IMG/VR virus record: IMGVR_UViG_3300031760_000010
Span: 32,001 to 96,000 of that record
Origin: a virus
Taxonomy: Duplodnaviria; Caudoviricetes
Strand: one strand, 5' to 3'
Length of the DNA stretch: 64,000 nt
Shown: positions 1 through 10,674 of the stretch, in pieces
Layout of the letters: the number at the start of each line of letters is the position of its first letter
How positions within the stretch are numbered: position 1 is the first letter of the stretch
Position numbers and translations under genes: made by a program
Notes under the pieces: model-generated
What the model was told of the DNA's origin: nothing
Seen by the model: the letters and a program-made list of their open reading frames with translations, nothing else
Databases searched by the model: none

Positions 1-315
1 ATTCTCTTCTTTCGCAAATTCTTTGTTATAATCCTCTGCAATCACAGGAGCGTCATATACAAACAGTGCCTCTGTATCATCAGTTACCTCAATATACCAA
101 TTACCATTCGCAGCCTGTTCCCGAATCACACCAGCAAAAGTAGGGGTAGCGGCCTGCTCATATTCATCAAAAGCAATCCAATCGCCACGTCCCACCAAAG
201 CTGTATTATCAGTATCTTCAGTCAAACGAATATTGTAAATGTGTCCCCCACCGTAGCCAGATACTACCTTGCTGGGGAAACCAAACGCATGCTTCGCAAT
301 AGTATACTTAATCAT
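1..315 (-). CDS. Head decoration/capsid-associated protein, runs off window edge
   Basis: ATG at 315 after AAAGGAG; MIKYTIAKHAFGFPSKVVSGYGGGHIYNIRL; follows prohead protease as YonC follows YonD in SPbeta-like phages. Confidence 0.55.
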   Translation of the reverse strand, partial: MIKYTIAKHAFGFPSKVVSGYGGGHIYNIRLTEDTDNTALVGRGDWIAFDEYEQAATPTFAGVIREQAANGNWYIEVTDDTEALFVYDAPVIAEDYNKEFAKEEN

Positions 316-382
316 AGCGTCGTTCTCCTTTCATTAAAATAGCCAGCAAATACTGGCTTCTATGTTATTATTAATTTGTTGA

Positions 383-2113
383 TTATCTCTTTTTAGAAAA
401 TAGATTTCCATACCTTGACTTCTTTGGTGTACCTTTAACACCAGACGGAGATAAACTCATCCGTGCTGGAGCGCGATTTTCAGGCTTAGCAAATGTCAAG
501 TTACCACTCTTAGCATAATTCAAAAGCATTTGATCTACGGTGCTCTTTAATTCCTCAAACGTCATTTCATTTTTGCCGTCGTTTACTTCGGCTGCCAATT
601 TTGAAAAATCCTCTTTGTCAGCTATAGCTGCATAGTCAGCAGAAGCAACTAATTCTTGCTTCTGGTACTGAGCCAATTGACCACAGACGCTCTCATAATT
701 CTGACGCATGTTTTCAATACTGATCTTTTCAGATTCGGTTAATAGCATAATAAACAACTGAGTGCGTTCACCATTCAAGGACAGATTGTCGCCATCTTTG
801 GTGTAACTCTGTTTCCAGACCTTGTTGGAATCCCAATCGTACATGATGAAATAGTCTTCATAAACATCTTCAACATAACACCATTCTTCATCGTTACGAT
901 AAATAGAACACAGAGCATTTAGTCCTTGACGAATTTCGTCAAAACTTAATTCAAACAACTGATCAAAAAGTTCGCTCTTACTCAATTCATTATTCTGTCT
1001 CTTGGGATCAGACTCATCATTATTATTGGCGGCTCCGTCATCTGAACCATCCTCACCGTCTGCACCATCACCATCTTCATCTTCTTCAGTACCAGCATCG
1101 TCATCTAAAGTATCATCAGTTTCAGGGTCTGCTTCCGGGTCGGTTTCAGGATCGGTTTCAGAATCACCATCAAACTGCTGAGTTCCAAAATCCTCCGACC
1201 CAGAATTATCTTCCTGCTCTGCAAATGCTCCCGCAAAGGCGGTTTCCAATTCTTCGTCAGACAAGCCTTCGTAACTAAAAGTTATGTCCTCAGCAGTTTT
1301 ACCGTACTTTTCTAAAAGTTCGTTAAACTTATCCATTGGCTTTTCCTCCTTTCCGTTAGCATTATTTATTTTTAACTCTTCCAACGTTTTATTTAACGCC
1401 TCAAGAGTCTCAATCAATTTATCATTTTGTTCAAAATGCATATTATTTTCATCTGCCGCAAAATCTTCAATCTGAAGATGAGACCCAGCCATACCAGGTT
1501 TACGGTCTGCCCCAAGAAGTGTAATTCCGGCCAATTCAATGTCCTCTAATAAAAGTTCTTTTTTCTTGGCATCATACGACATCTTATTAACATATAATTC
1601 TGCGGACACATCTGTGCCACCACGACGATCAATTATATCCGCAGCGGGAGTATATTCTCTAGGGATCGCGCATTTTGCATATACATAATAACGTTTTGTA
1701 GATCTATCATATTTTATTACAGGCTCATCAGCAGTAATACATCCAACTTGCTTTTCAAGATATATAACGTTACCGTCACTATCTACATCCATATCATGGG
1801 CGGTAAAATCCAGGGCCTCTGACCCGTCTTCCAATGTAACGGTTTGATAATTGCATAAAATCGGTTTATACGCAAAACCTTGCAAACTATTTTGCATTGC
1901 TTCCTTTGTTACGTTGCTACCATTATTATTTTTATTAGTGTGAAAAGCTTTTACATTTGCAAACATCATAGAATCCAAATTAGATTCTTCTTGTTCAAAC
2001 TCCGCTGGCATGCTGACACACAACTGATAGCCTGCATTTTTAGAATCAAATTCAGCAAAATTTTGCTCTTCACAAAATCTCACCAAATCTTCAACACTCA
2101 TTATCTTTTTCAA
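383..2113 (-). CDS. Prohead protease/scaffold protein (YonD-like)
   Basis: 576 aa; N-terminal protease-like region (AHD, DVSAEL, GITLLG...PGM), acidic linker, coiled C-terminus; directly after portal. Confidence 0.75.
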   Translation of the reverse strand: MKKIMSVEDLVRFCEEQNFAEFDSKNAGYQLCVSMPAEFEQEESNLDSMMFANVKAFHTNKNNNGSNVTKEAMQNSLQGFAYKPILCNYQTVTLEDGSEALDFTAHDMDVDSDGNVIYLEKQVGCITADEPVIKYDRSTKRYYVYAKCAIPREYTPAADIIDRRGGTDVSAELYVNKMSYDAKKKELLLEDIELAGITLLGADRKPGMAGSHLQIEDFAADENNMHFEQNDKLIETLEALNKTLEELKINNANGKEEKPMDKFNELLEKYGKTAEDITFSYEGLSDEELETAFAGAFAEQEDNSGSEDFGTQQFDGDSETDPETDPEADPETDDTLDDDAGTEEDEDGDGADGEDGSDDGAANNNDESDPKRQNNELSKSELFDQLFELSFDEIRQGLNALCSIYRNDEEWCYVEDVYEDYFIMYDWDSNKVWKQSYTKDGDNLSLNGERTQLFIMLLTESEKISIENMRQNYESVCGQLAQYQKQELVASADYAAIADKEDFSKLAAEVNDGKNEMTFEELKSTVDQMLLNYAKSGNLTFAKPENRAPARMSLSPSGVKGTPKKSRYGNLFSKKR

Positions 2114-2166
2114 AATATACTAACCTCCTTTCCCACATAATAAAAACTCCTCAACAGGAGAGGAGA

Positions 2167-2340
2167 TTACATAAACAATTTATTGGTATAAATTGTTTTA
2201 TCGTTTAATTCAAAATGAATTTTATCATCATTGACAAAAGTCCAGCCATTGGTTGATTGAGGAGCAACTTCTAATAGTCCTTTCTTTCTCAACACATCCG
2301 CTGTTTCTTTTGAAGTGGTATAAATAAATTTTTTTTTCAT
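2167..2340 (-). CDS. Small hypothetical protein (57 aa)
   Basis: AGGAG RBS, MKKKFIYTTSKETAD...TNKLFM*; fills gap between portal and protease. Confidence 0.6.
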   Translation of the reverse strand: MKKKFIYTTSKETADVLRKKGLLEVAPQSTNGWTFVNDDKIHFELNDKTIYTNKLFM

Positions 2341-2349
2341 GTTTTCTCC

Positions 2350-3915
2350 TTATGACTGTGCATTATCTCTACCTTCAGCACTTTTTTCTCCCGCTGTAGT
2401 TTGCTGCGCATCCGCAGGACGACCACCCGTTTCGGGATCTGTGCCTTCTGTCACAGTCCCAGTATTCGTAAATGAAGAATTTAACGGATAGATCATAATA
2501 TCTTGTAACTTCAAAATATTGTTTTCCAGATTACTCAGCGCCAATGTATCCATTTCTGAAAAACCATTTAAAGTCATATACGCCAACTTCGTCGGCAGAG
2601 AATATTGAGCAGCTTTCATCATATCCTCTTTAAATTGTTCTCTGGTATACACTGAAATAGGAAAGAATTTAACAGTGCAAGGATTAGTACAGAGATAGCT
2701 TAACTGACGATTGACAAATGCTTGCGTTTGAGGTAGAAGAGAAGATATAGCAAATTCTGTATTTGCCACTTGTGAATATCTAAACGCCTCCGCGCCCGAA
2801 ATAGTTTCGCCGTTCAATATTTCTGCACCACCAGCAGTATTTAATACAGTTTTCGTAGCATTGGAAATCTTGCTAGTATCTCCAGCTGCCTGATCTTCGA
2901 AACCAATATAATCTAATTTACCTGGCACGATTGCGGCACTAACATAATCTGGTAATGCTTCATTGATCATTCTTTGGAAATAAGCCAGCATCAATTCAGG
3001 ATTAATTTTCCAGTCATCAATATCTTCGCCAATCGTTTCCATTTGTAACCAGATCATTTTATAAATCTCTTGTTCATCTGCGATTGCCTGAATATCTTCA
3101 AGGTCCGCTAAATTAATTAATGCATTAAATATTGCTAGAAAAGGTGGAAGAATTGTTTCATAATCTTCATACCTATATTTTAAACAAATGGCATATTTGT
3201 CAGGCACAGGAACCCATTTTTGATTAGTACGCTGATATTCTTTATACATGGCATCAAATGGTTCTGGCATATACTCTAATAATTCTTGGCGAGATCTAAA
3301 ATAAGTCATATCCATACTAATCGCAAAATCACCTGTCATATATTTACCATCAATACGAGCATAATCTGCGGGTATTTGCCAAATAAACACTCCAGTTTCG
3401 TCAATAAAATACGCACCATAAAATACGTCCTGTACAAAGCACGTCAAATAAATATTATAAAATTCCTGTTGCAAATGCATGGTTTCCAACCATCTCAAAG
3501 TTTCTTGATATGATTTTAAAGTCTTATTTGCATCAGGAATTTTAATTAAATCATATTGAGGAATTACTGAGCGCCCATTCAAATAAAACATATTAGCATA
3601 AAAGTGGCATAATCGCATATATGTCATGGAACGATAAAACAAAAACCACGATAGATTTCTTAAGTTTTGTTCATTACTTCCCAAACTCTGCATATATCTG
3701 CGCAACAATTCTTTGTTAAAAACGCTAATTGTTTTAGTTTGAGTTTTTGTAGTATCTCGTAATTTTATAATATTCTTACGATCTTCTTCAAATTGTTTTA
3801 GGCGCTCATTTGCTTGTTCATATTTTTGAATCAATTCTTTTTGTTCTGCGACTGTAAGCCGCTGGGTAGCCGAAGATGCCGAGGCTCTCTTCGGAGAAGA
3901 TTTTACTTGTGCCAT
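2350..3915 (-). CDS. Portal protein (YonE-like)
   Basis: ~520 aa between terminase and prohead protease; GGAGG RBS before ATG 3915. Confidence 0.75.
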   Translation of the reverse strand: MAQVKSSPKRASASSATQRLTVAEQKELIQKYEQANERLKQFEEDRKNIIKLRDTTKTQTKTISVFNKELLRRYMQSLGSNEQNLRNLSWFLFYRSMTYMRLCHFYANMFYLNGRSVIPQYDLIKIPDANKTLKSYQETLRWLETMHLQQEFYNIYLTCFVQDVFYGAYFIDETGVFIWQIPADYARIDGKYMTGDFAISMDMTYFRSRQELLEYMPEPFDAMYKEYQRTNQKWVPVPDKYAICLKYRYEDYETILPPFLAIFNALINLADLEDIQAIADEQEIYKMIWLQMETIGEDIDDWKINPELMLAYFQRMINEALPDYVSAAIVPGKLDYIGFEDQAAGDTSKISNATKTVLNTAGGAEILNGETISGAEAFRYSQVANTEFAISSLLPQTQAFVNRQLSYLCTNPCTVKFFPISVYTREQFKEDMMKAAQYSLPTKLAYMTLNGFSEMDTLALSNLENNILKLQDIMIYPLNSSFTNTGTVTEGTDPETGGRPADAQQTTAGEKSAEGRDNAQS

Positions 3916-3932
3916 AGACACCTCCTATATAA

Positions 3933-5978
3933 TTAAGACCAGCTAGAGTAACGAGTGGCTGGTCTAATAACCAGTTGATCTAATAATGATTGTGTATTAG
4001 TAGTTTTTCGTCTTTGAGTAAGATGCTTACGACGTTCCTGCTGAAGAGCGTAAGCAAGCAGACAGGCCGTATAGAAGCGGTCGTCATGGAGCTTTCCTGC
4101 CTTTTCTGGAGCGAGATCAAAAGAATCTTTCCCAGAATCTCTCTTTTTACGCACTATATTAACTATTTCTTCTTTCATTGCATCAATGTTAGCTAGTGCT
4201 AATTCTTCTTGCCAATCAAGTTTAATAGTTTTTGTAGAAACAGATTGAACTTTAGATAATTCTTCTTCGAATTGCTCTTCAAATTGTTCCTTACTTAATT
4301 TTTTCTTCTTCAGTCTCTTTCTAATTTCTACTTTAGCTTTTTCGAGCTTCTCTTCATCTACATCAAAAACAGTTAAATACCCTTTGTTATCATAAGGAGC
4401 AGTAAAACTAATTTTATCTTGATTAACTAACTCGATTAATGCTTCAGCCATTTCTGATTTGTAAGCGGAAGGAGACATTAAATGTAATTTATTAACGGCG
4501 TTAGGGAATCTTTTAACATATTCAGCAGAATACTCTTTATCAATTAGCCCTCTGTGATTTTTCCCTGATTTATCTTCCCAATCTTCCATAAGAAAATCGG
4601 CTATATTAACTCCTCCGCCACCAGAACCCGCATCAATATAAATACCTACTATATTACCATATGCATCCAATTCAGCATTATATTCAAGTATTAATTCTTT
4701 TAAATATTTAATTTGATCAGGGGTCTGCATGGGGGATTTTATTTTTTTGCCAATATCCATTAAGTTAATACAATTACAAATTCTCATTTTAATATCATCA
4801 TCACCATTAACATCTTTATCATGGTATATTTCACCAACGGATATCACACTGTTATCTCTTGAACGGGCAGGATCATAAGCAATAACAAATTTTTTATCTC
4901 CTGTATCATTAGATAATAATGGCCGACGAGTTTCTTCATTACGAGTAATCGTGCCTCTACGAATAATAGCATCTGCACCAACGTCTGTTGTAAATATACA
5001 ATAATACTCTCGTCTGGCTTTTTCGGGATTACGTCTCATTTCAGATTCAATTGTAGAACGAGAAAGAAGAGGAGTAATTAGTTCTCCACGTAAAGTCGGC
5101 TTAAGCGCTTGTTCACAATCAATATGAATTACACAAAAGTCTGGATTGCCCATTATTTGTTCTTTTGAAAAATCTCTATATAATTTATAAAACTCCGTGT
5201 CTGTGCTAGACGCGGAAGAAATATAAAATTTTTGATATGGTAGATTTGTAGCAAAGGTTCGCTGTCTAATCGGATCAATAGATTTGCCAGACGAATCTTT
5301 ACCTGTTTTTAAACTTTTATTCGTAGCGGCAAAAGCACCATAAACAGCAATCATCTCGCTAGACAAAAAACCGCACTCATCAAAAATCACTGTACCACGT
5401 TTACCTCTTTTGGCCGAAATATTGCTATTGAGGGTGGTAGTCTGTGAGCCATTATATAAATTATAAGAAAAGCCATTAGACGAATGACTAAATCCATCTC
5501 CGCCAGCTTGCTTTACTTCGATTTCTTGTTTAAAAATATACCCCGTTGATCCAGCAAATGTATCTATATTATCATTCGCCAATTTTTCGAGTGTCATAAA
5601 TGTTTCCTCTGCCTGCCCACCAGAGCCACTAGCGATATATGTCCATACATTGCTAAAAGCCATATCTTTTGCCATAGTCTCCAAATCTATAATAGTAGAC
5701 TTACCATAGCTTCGGGTACAAACACATAAAACATTTGGACAAAACCAAGATCTTTGCACAATTAATGCCTGTCCATCCAACAATTCATAATTAAACATAA
5801 TATCAATCATTCGAACAGGATTACATTGAAAATATTTTTGCATAGCGGCTATAGCCAATAAGCCATCAATTTTTCTTTGAGAAAGAGGATAGTTTATTGG
5901 TTTTACAAAAACACCATAATCCTGATAAAAATCTTTATCATAATTATCAGGAATCCATATATTACTCTGAGCCAGCAT
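3933..5978 (-). CDS. terL: Terminase large subunit
   Basis: Walker A TRSYGKST, Walker B VIFDE, ISSAS coupling motif, nuclease motifs AYDPAR and HDDRFY. Confidence 0.9.
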   Translation of the reverse strand: MLAQSNIWIPDNYDKDFYQDYGVFVKPINYPLSQRKIDGLLAIAAMQKYFQCNPVRMIDIMFNYELLDGQALIVQRSWFCPNVLCVCTRSYGKSTIIDLETMAKDMAFSNVWTYIASGSGGQAEETFMTLEKLANDNIDTFAGSTGYIFKQEIEVKQAGGDGFSHSSNGFSYNLYNGSQTTTLNSNISAKRGKRGTVIFDECGFLSSEMIAVYGAFAATNKSLKTGKDSSGKSIDPIRQRTFATNLPYQKFYISSASSTDTEFYKLYRDFSKEQIMGNPDFCVIHIDCEQALKPTLRGELITPLLSRSTIESEMRRNPEKARREYYCIFTTDVGADAIIRRGTITRNEETRRPLLSNDTGDKKFVIAYDPARSRDNSVISVGEIYHDKDVNGDDDIKMRICNCINLMDIGKKIKSPMQTPDQIKYLKELILEYNAELDAYGNIVGIYIDAGSGGGGVNIADFLMEDWEDKSGKNHRGLIDKEYSAEYVKRFPNAVNKLHLMSPSAYKSEMAEALIELVNQDKISFTAPYDNKGYLTVFDVDEEKLEKAKVEIRKRLKKKKLSKEQFEEQFEEELSKVQSVSTKTIKLDWQEELALANIDAMKEEIVNIVRKKRDSGKDSFDLAPEKAGKLHDDRFYTACLLAYALQQERRKHLTQRRKTTNTQSLLDQLVIRPATRYSSWS

Positions 5979-7257
5979 CTTCTGATACCTCCTCAGGATC
6001 TTCTTCCAAGCTAGAGAAGACAGAATACATATCTTTTAAATTGGCATATTGCTTGTCTGGCTTCATACTGTTCTCTTCAAGATAATCTTTTAAATCTAAA
6101 TTTTCTTGAAGTAATATTCGATTGATTTCTTTGTATTGATCTTTCTCTTTTCTAAGGGCAACAATAGTCTCTCGCATTTGAGCAACCATATCAGACCATT
6201 CAGACTCATCAAGCGCCAACTGTTTCATAATAGAAGCGTCGCTCATTTCTTGAACTTGTTGCATTCCACGACAAGTTTGAATATCAAATCCATTAACATT
6301 AGCAGCTCTCAGATTTAAATCACGAATTTTTTTGATTTTGCCAGTCCAAGTATTTTCACCCTTTTTAGCATTCTTGCTATTTTTCAAACTAATGCAGCTT
6401 TCCGCAGCTAGATCTTTAATCATCCCGGTAACTTTACCCTTACTTTCCTGAAGACTTTTGATTGTTGCCGAATTAGTTTGCACCTGTGATAAATCACTCA
6501 TCAGTTTGGCAATAGTATCATCAATCTTACTAAGCTGAAGAAAGCCTCTGACAATGCTAATACAACTAGCTGTCCGCATCATATCATCGTTTGCATCTTC
6601 ACTTGCGTCAAGTAATCCCAATAATTGAGAATATAAAAAAGGTTGATCTGATATTTTTTCCTGTTCAAACGGATCGTAAGAAAGAAGACGAGTAACATCC
6701 GCCTTATTCTTTAAAAAATCAGAATAAGTGTCCTGGTCTTCTCTGCCCGCAACGACATCCTCAACCGTTTTCTCATCTTCGTATTTAATATGAGTCTTGA
6801 ACATATCAGAATCACGCCACCCTTGGCCTATGTATTGAGGCATAGCAGAGTTCTTTACCAAAGAAGCCCATACATTATGTTTTACCTGGCCAGAAGCTTC
6901 ATTAGCTACCTCACCCAAACTAGAATCCCATAACTTTTCGGTAAAAGGTCTATTCAAATAAAACAAAGCTTCTTGACAAGACTCCTTTGTTGGTTCATGG
7001 TCTTCACCATTAGCATCTCTCCGCAATGCAATTGCTTTTGCACAATCACGGCATATACCAGAATAATGACTCTGAGAACGAGGATCGCTATCAAAATAAA
7101 AATAATCTGGTTTCTTTTTCTTACCACAAAGTCGGCACCATAACTTACTTTTTTCGTTTTCCAGTTCTTCTTCTAATTCATGTACTCTTAATCGTGCCTC
7201 TGCTGCGGTCAACTTGACCTCTGATTGTGGTTTCATCTTTGTTGTTTTGGCAGCCAA
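5962..7257 (-). CDS. Zn-ribbon protein preceding TerL (possible small terminase, YonG-like position)
   Basis: CxxC...CxxC N-terminus; overlaps terL start; AGGAGG RBS before TTG 7257. Confidence 0.5.
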   Translation of the reverse strand: MAAKTTKMKPQSEVKLTAAEARLRVHELEEELENEKSKLWCRLCGKKKKPDYFYFDSDPRSQSHYSGICRDCAKAIALRRDANGEDHEPTKESCQEALFYLNRPFTEKLWDSSLGEVANEASGQVKHNVWASLVKNSAMPQYIGQGWRDSDMFKTHIKYEDEKTVEDVVAGREDQDTYSDFLKNKADVTRLLSYDPFEQEKISDQPFLYSQLLGLLDASEDANDDMMRTASCISIVRGFLQLSKIDDTIAKLMSDLSQVQTNSATIKSLQESKGKVTGMIKDLAAESCISLKNSKNAKKGENTWTGKIKKIRDLNLRAANVNGFDIQTCRGMQQVQEMSDASIMKQLALDESEWSDMVAQMRETIVALRKEKDQYKEINRILLQENLDLKDYLEENSMKPDKQYANLKDMYSVFSSLEEDPEEVSEDAGSE

Positions 7258-7298
7258 ATTGACCACCTCCTTTTATCTTTTTTTATCCTAAAATATAA

Positions 7299-7372
7299 AG
7301 TCTTATGTCAGATTCGAACTGACCCCGCCAGTTTGGAAGACTGGTATGCTATACCGCTAACACTAATAAGAC
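7299..7372 (-). tRNA. tRNA-Gly(TCC)
   Basis: Cloverleaf; CCAGT-CT-TCC-AA-ACTGG anticodon arm; GTTCGAATC T-loop. Confidence 0.85.
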
Positions 7373-7408
7373 AAAATGCTCCTCGACGTTTTTTCGCGAG
7401 GAACATGA

Positions 7409-8620
7409 TTAAACCAACTCAATTGGATATATTGATTTAATTTTTTTATTATTACAAATAATAACAGTTTGGGACGGTGCTCCTTTAAGACGTTTACGTT
7501 CTGTAAATTCATCACCGTTATGTAGACACCCACTTTGAATCACCTTCACACCAGAAACTTCGTTCATCGCAGGATGATGCATATGTCCCATTAAAATAGC
7601 ATAGGGGAAATACCCAACATATGCACATAATTTTTGTATAGAAGTATCATTCAACCCGTCGTAGTCTCCATGGCAAATTAAATACTTGCTTTCACCAATG
7701 GCAAATTCAGAATACGTGTCATGTTTTTTATCTACATCAATATGATATTGTTTTTGATGCGCGAATATATGACTTAAAAACCATGGAACTAAATTATCTA
7801 GACGTTCTCCTAAAAGTGAATCATCTGCATTTTTCTCAATACGACTATGGTTCCCCGGCACATTATAAAAACTAATGTCTTCAAAAATTTCACCTAATTT
7901 ATACATAAAATCCGCAATTAACTCACAAGCAACCATTACTTGTTCCACAAGATTTTCTCTGTTTGCGATTTGGATTGAAAGATGAATAGTACCAGATACT
8001 AGGTCGCCTAAAGCTGCCACAACGCATTTTTTCGTATGATGCATTTCCGCAATCTCTTTAATTTCATTCAAATATTGTGTCAATCGATCTTTGGCTACTT
8101 CAGTATTAAATTCTTTTGTCTCTAGCCCTAAATGCAAATCAGATAAACATATAATCATAGTATTTGGATTTAATGCACTATAATCCCATAAAGAAGGAGA
8201 TAAATAAAACGGATATCGTTCTTTCCCCAGCTTTTCGATCTTTTCTTCTAAGATGCGTTGGTTCTCTTCATGACGTGCTTCATCTCTTAATAATTTATTT
8301 AATTCATTGCGTTCATCTTGGAGTTTTCTCTTGGCTTTATATATTTCTTGCTCTTTAGCAATCATATCTTTGATAGCTTCTTCAGATGTCTTCCCAATAA
8401 CTTTGTTTTTATAAAATTCTCTTACAAAATTGCCACCTAAAATGTTACGTCCCATCGATTCAGAAATACGCCTGCGATCAAATGGAAGATTATATTTCTC
8501 AATAATCTCAACCCAATCTATATCATTCACTCCGTTAATCTTATCTGCACAATCTTGTAAAAACTCTTCATAAGATTCTGGAGTAAGACCAACTAGTTTT
8601 AATTCGGTTTCTATATTCAA
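7409..8620 (-). CDS. Calcineurin-like metallophosphoesterase with N-terminal coiled coil
   Basis: DLHLG, GDLV, GNH, HGD, GHMH motifs. Confidence 0.85.
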   Translation of the reverse strand: MNIETELKLVGLTPESYEEFLQDCADKINGVNDIDWVEIIEKYNLPFDRRRISESMGRNILGGNFVREFYKNKVIGKTSEEAIKDMIAKEQEIYKAKRKLQDERNELNKLLRDEARHEENQRILEEKIEKLGKERYPFYLSPSLWDYSALNPNTMIICLSDLHLGLETKEFNTEVAKDRLTQYLNEIKEIAEMHHTKKCVVAALGDLVSGTIHLSIQIANRENLVEQVMVACELIADFMYKLGEIFEDISFYNVPGNHSRIEKNADDSLLGERLDNLVPWFLSHIFAHQKQYHIDVDKKHDTYSEFAIGESKYLICHGDYDGLNDTSIQKLCAYVGYFPYAILMGHMHHPAMNEVSGVKVIQSGCLHNGDEFTERKRLKGAPSQTVIICNNKKIKSIYPIELV

Positions 8621-8647
8621 AGCATAATCTCCTTATTGTCATCTATA

Positions 8648-8851
8648 TTAATCAAAATCATTACTTTCTAATTCAATAATCTCTTCAGATTTAGCGGTAC
8701 AAGCTAATGAGAAAGGCTCATCACCATACACTTCTTCCAAATTGGCAATTAAATTTACAACTTCACCTGATTCAAAATCCACAATCTGATGCTCTTTCAT
8801 AACTAAATCCTTAAATTTAATATCTGTCTTTACTGTTCTTTTTGCTTCCAT
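8648..8851 (-). CDS. Small acidic protein, YonK-like
   Basis: GGAGG RBS; size and position next to the phosphoesterase as in SPbeta. Confidence 0.5.
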   Translation of the reverse strand: MEAKRTVKTDIKFKDLVMKEHQIVDFESGEVVNLIANLEEVYGDEPFSLACTAKSEEIIELESNDFD

Positions 8852-8926
8852 AATTTTCCTCCTAAAAAATAGGAGAGAGGACATAATCTGCCCTCTCTCC
8901 CGATTTATTATTTATTTGCTTCCTTA

Positions 8927-9109
8927 TTATTTATAAACATAAGTAGTTGAATTCTCCCTATACTCCTTTAGTTTATATAGCGCCTTCCGATCTTCCGTTA
9001 AATAATATCTTTTAGCACGACCTTTATGTGTCGCACTAGAAACATGCACTAAATAACCTAACTTTTTTGACCGCAGATAATCTGCTTCATCATGAGTAAT
9101 CTTAATCAT
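8927..9109 (-). CDS. Small hypothetical protein
   Basis: MIKITHDEADYLR; the longer ORF call overlaps tRNA-Thr. Confidence 0.6.
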   Translation of the reverse strand: MIKITHDEADYLRSKKLGYLVHVSSATHKGRAKRYYLTEDRKALYKLKEYRENSTTYVYK

Positions 9110-9150
9110 ATTTATTCCTGTGTCTTTCTTAATATTTCCTGTAAAGGATA

Positions 9151-9223
9151 AGCTCCCGCCCGGACTTGAACCGGGAGCCTGTTGATTACAAATCAACCGC
9201 TCTACCAATTGAGCCACAAGAGC
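9151..9223 (-). tRNA. tRNA-Thr(TGT)
   Basis: Cloverleaf; GTTGA-TT-TGT-AA-TCAAC. Confidence 0.9.
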
Positions 9224-9293
9224 AAGATCCCCGGCCCGAAAGCCGGGGTACAAAATTGAACATATTATCAGAATAGATAATAAGAAATGCCAC

Positions 9294-9566
9294 TTACATT
9301 ACTTCTACCTTAAAAACTTTTCCAAACTTCACCTTTGGAGCATACTTTTCGGCCACCTGGACCGCTTCTCCGGTCCGAGGATTGCGACTCATACGAGCTG
9401 GCTTATAAGTACGGGCAAACGTTACACCATCAAACATCTTAACTTCTTCATCTGCCTTAATAGTATCAATCAGCACTTCCTGGGCTGTTTCAAAAACAGT
9501 CTTAGTGTCCTTAATCGTCATACCCGTCTTCTCAGCTACCGCACGATAAAATTCATTCTTGTTCAT
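9294..9566 (-). CDS. hup: HU/IHF-family DNA-binding protein
   Basis: MNKNEF..., ARMSRNPRTGEAVQV...PKVKFGK signature. Confidence 0.9.
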   Translation of the reverse strand: MNKNEFYRAVAEKTGMTIKDTKTVFETAQEVLIDTIKADEEVKMFDGVTFARTYKPARMSRNPRTGEAVQVAEKYAPKVKFGKVFKVEVM

Positions 9567-9772
9567 CTTTTTTATCTCCTTATATTCATATATTTAGGCT
9601 GGATTAACCGCCAGCCTTTCGGTTATTGGTCATGACAGCTTGCTTGTATACCGCATTGCCAAAAAAGCGGTTGATATACTTGATTTTTCCTATTAAATGT
9701 TTCTATCATTTATCCACAAAATATTGCCTTAAAAAAGTGCAATAAAATATTAATATTTTATATAACGTATAA

Positions 9773-10674
9773 TTATCCAGCCGCCGATTTTTTACTTATA
9801 AAACATGCTAAAAAGCACTTTGAGTTAACTTCGTAGAGGGTCTTCAATAATAAAGCTTTGTTATAGTTAGTTGATGAAACCATCTTTGCGATGTTACTTT
9901 TTACCCCTGGAGTAATCACAAAAGCTCTATTAATTAATTTAGAAACTAAGCCAACATAATTTTTAGATAAATAAATTTGGCGGATATCTTCTATAAGCTT
10001 TTCAAAATCTTCCGCCAACATCATAAATAAATCTTCATCCGTTGGATCATCAGCCACTCCATGAGATAACAGTTTCAAAGAATATTTTTCAATCATCTTT
10101 TCAACTTTTCTTGACACCCTATGATGTTCCGTAAATTCATGTTTAATAAAAAAGTCCTGAATTGGAAGAGTGGAAGTAGTTGGATTATACGACTTTGGCT
10201 TTAATCTATATACATAATTCATTGGACATTTTAGTTGCTTATTCATTTTCTTCTTATCAAATTGCGGTCTTATCAATCCCCAAAAAGAAGGGTACCCACG
10301 TTGGTCAATTAGCATTGATTGCTTAATCAATTTTATTTCTTCCATTATATCAATGTCATATTTTCTTTTAGCATTGTCAATAGCACATTGAGCAAGAACA
10401 CTTAAAATACAAACATTATCATATAATTTCTGATCATCATAATTGTATGTATAAGACAATGCTATCTGTGCCAAGTTGCTGGATTCACCTATTGCCCGCT
10501 GGCTGGCCGCAAGGTTATTATCAATTCGCGCAAAATCTGCTAAAGTATTATTATAATGGTTAGCATCTTTGGGTATATTATTTACTATAGTAGGATATTC
10601 CCGATAAAATCTCCGGGCACTATCCACTACAGACGGTTGATTAGTAACGTATAGCGAATCTGAATCTTGATCTG
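9773..10674 (-). CDS. Single-subunit RNA polymerase (YonO-like), exon 2
   Basis: Frame resumes as (T)CA GAT CAA GAT TCA GAT = S-D-Q-D-S-D-S-L-Y-V-T-N-Q, then IGESSNLAQ, LAQCAIDNAKR. Confidence 0.85.

Noticed and set aside
1110-1165. DPETDPET repeats in the prohead protease
   Set aside because: Ordinary low-complexity acidic linker.
9110-9253. N-terminal extension of the 8927 ORF, and ORFs over 49323-49595, 51365-51613 and 53038-53295
   Set aside because: They overlap tRNA genes and are spurious translations.
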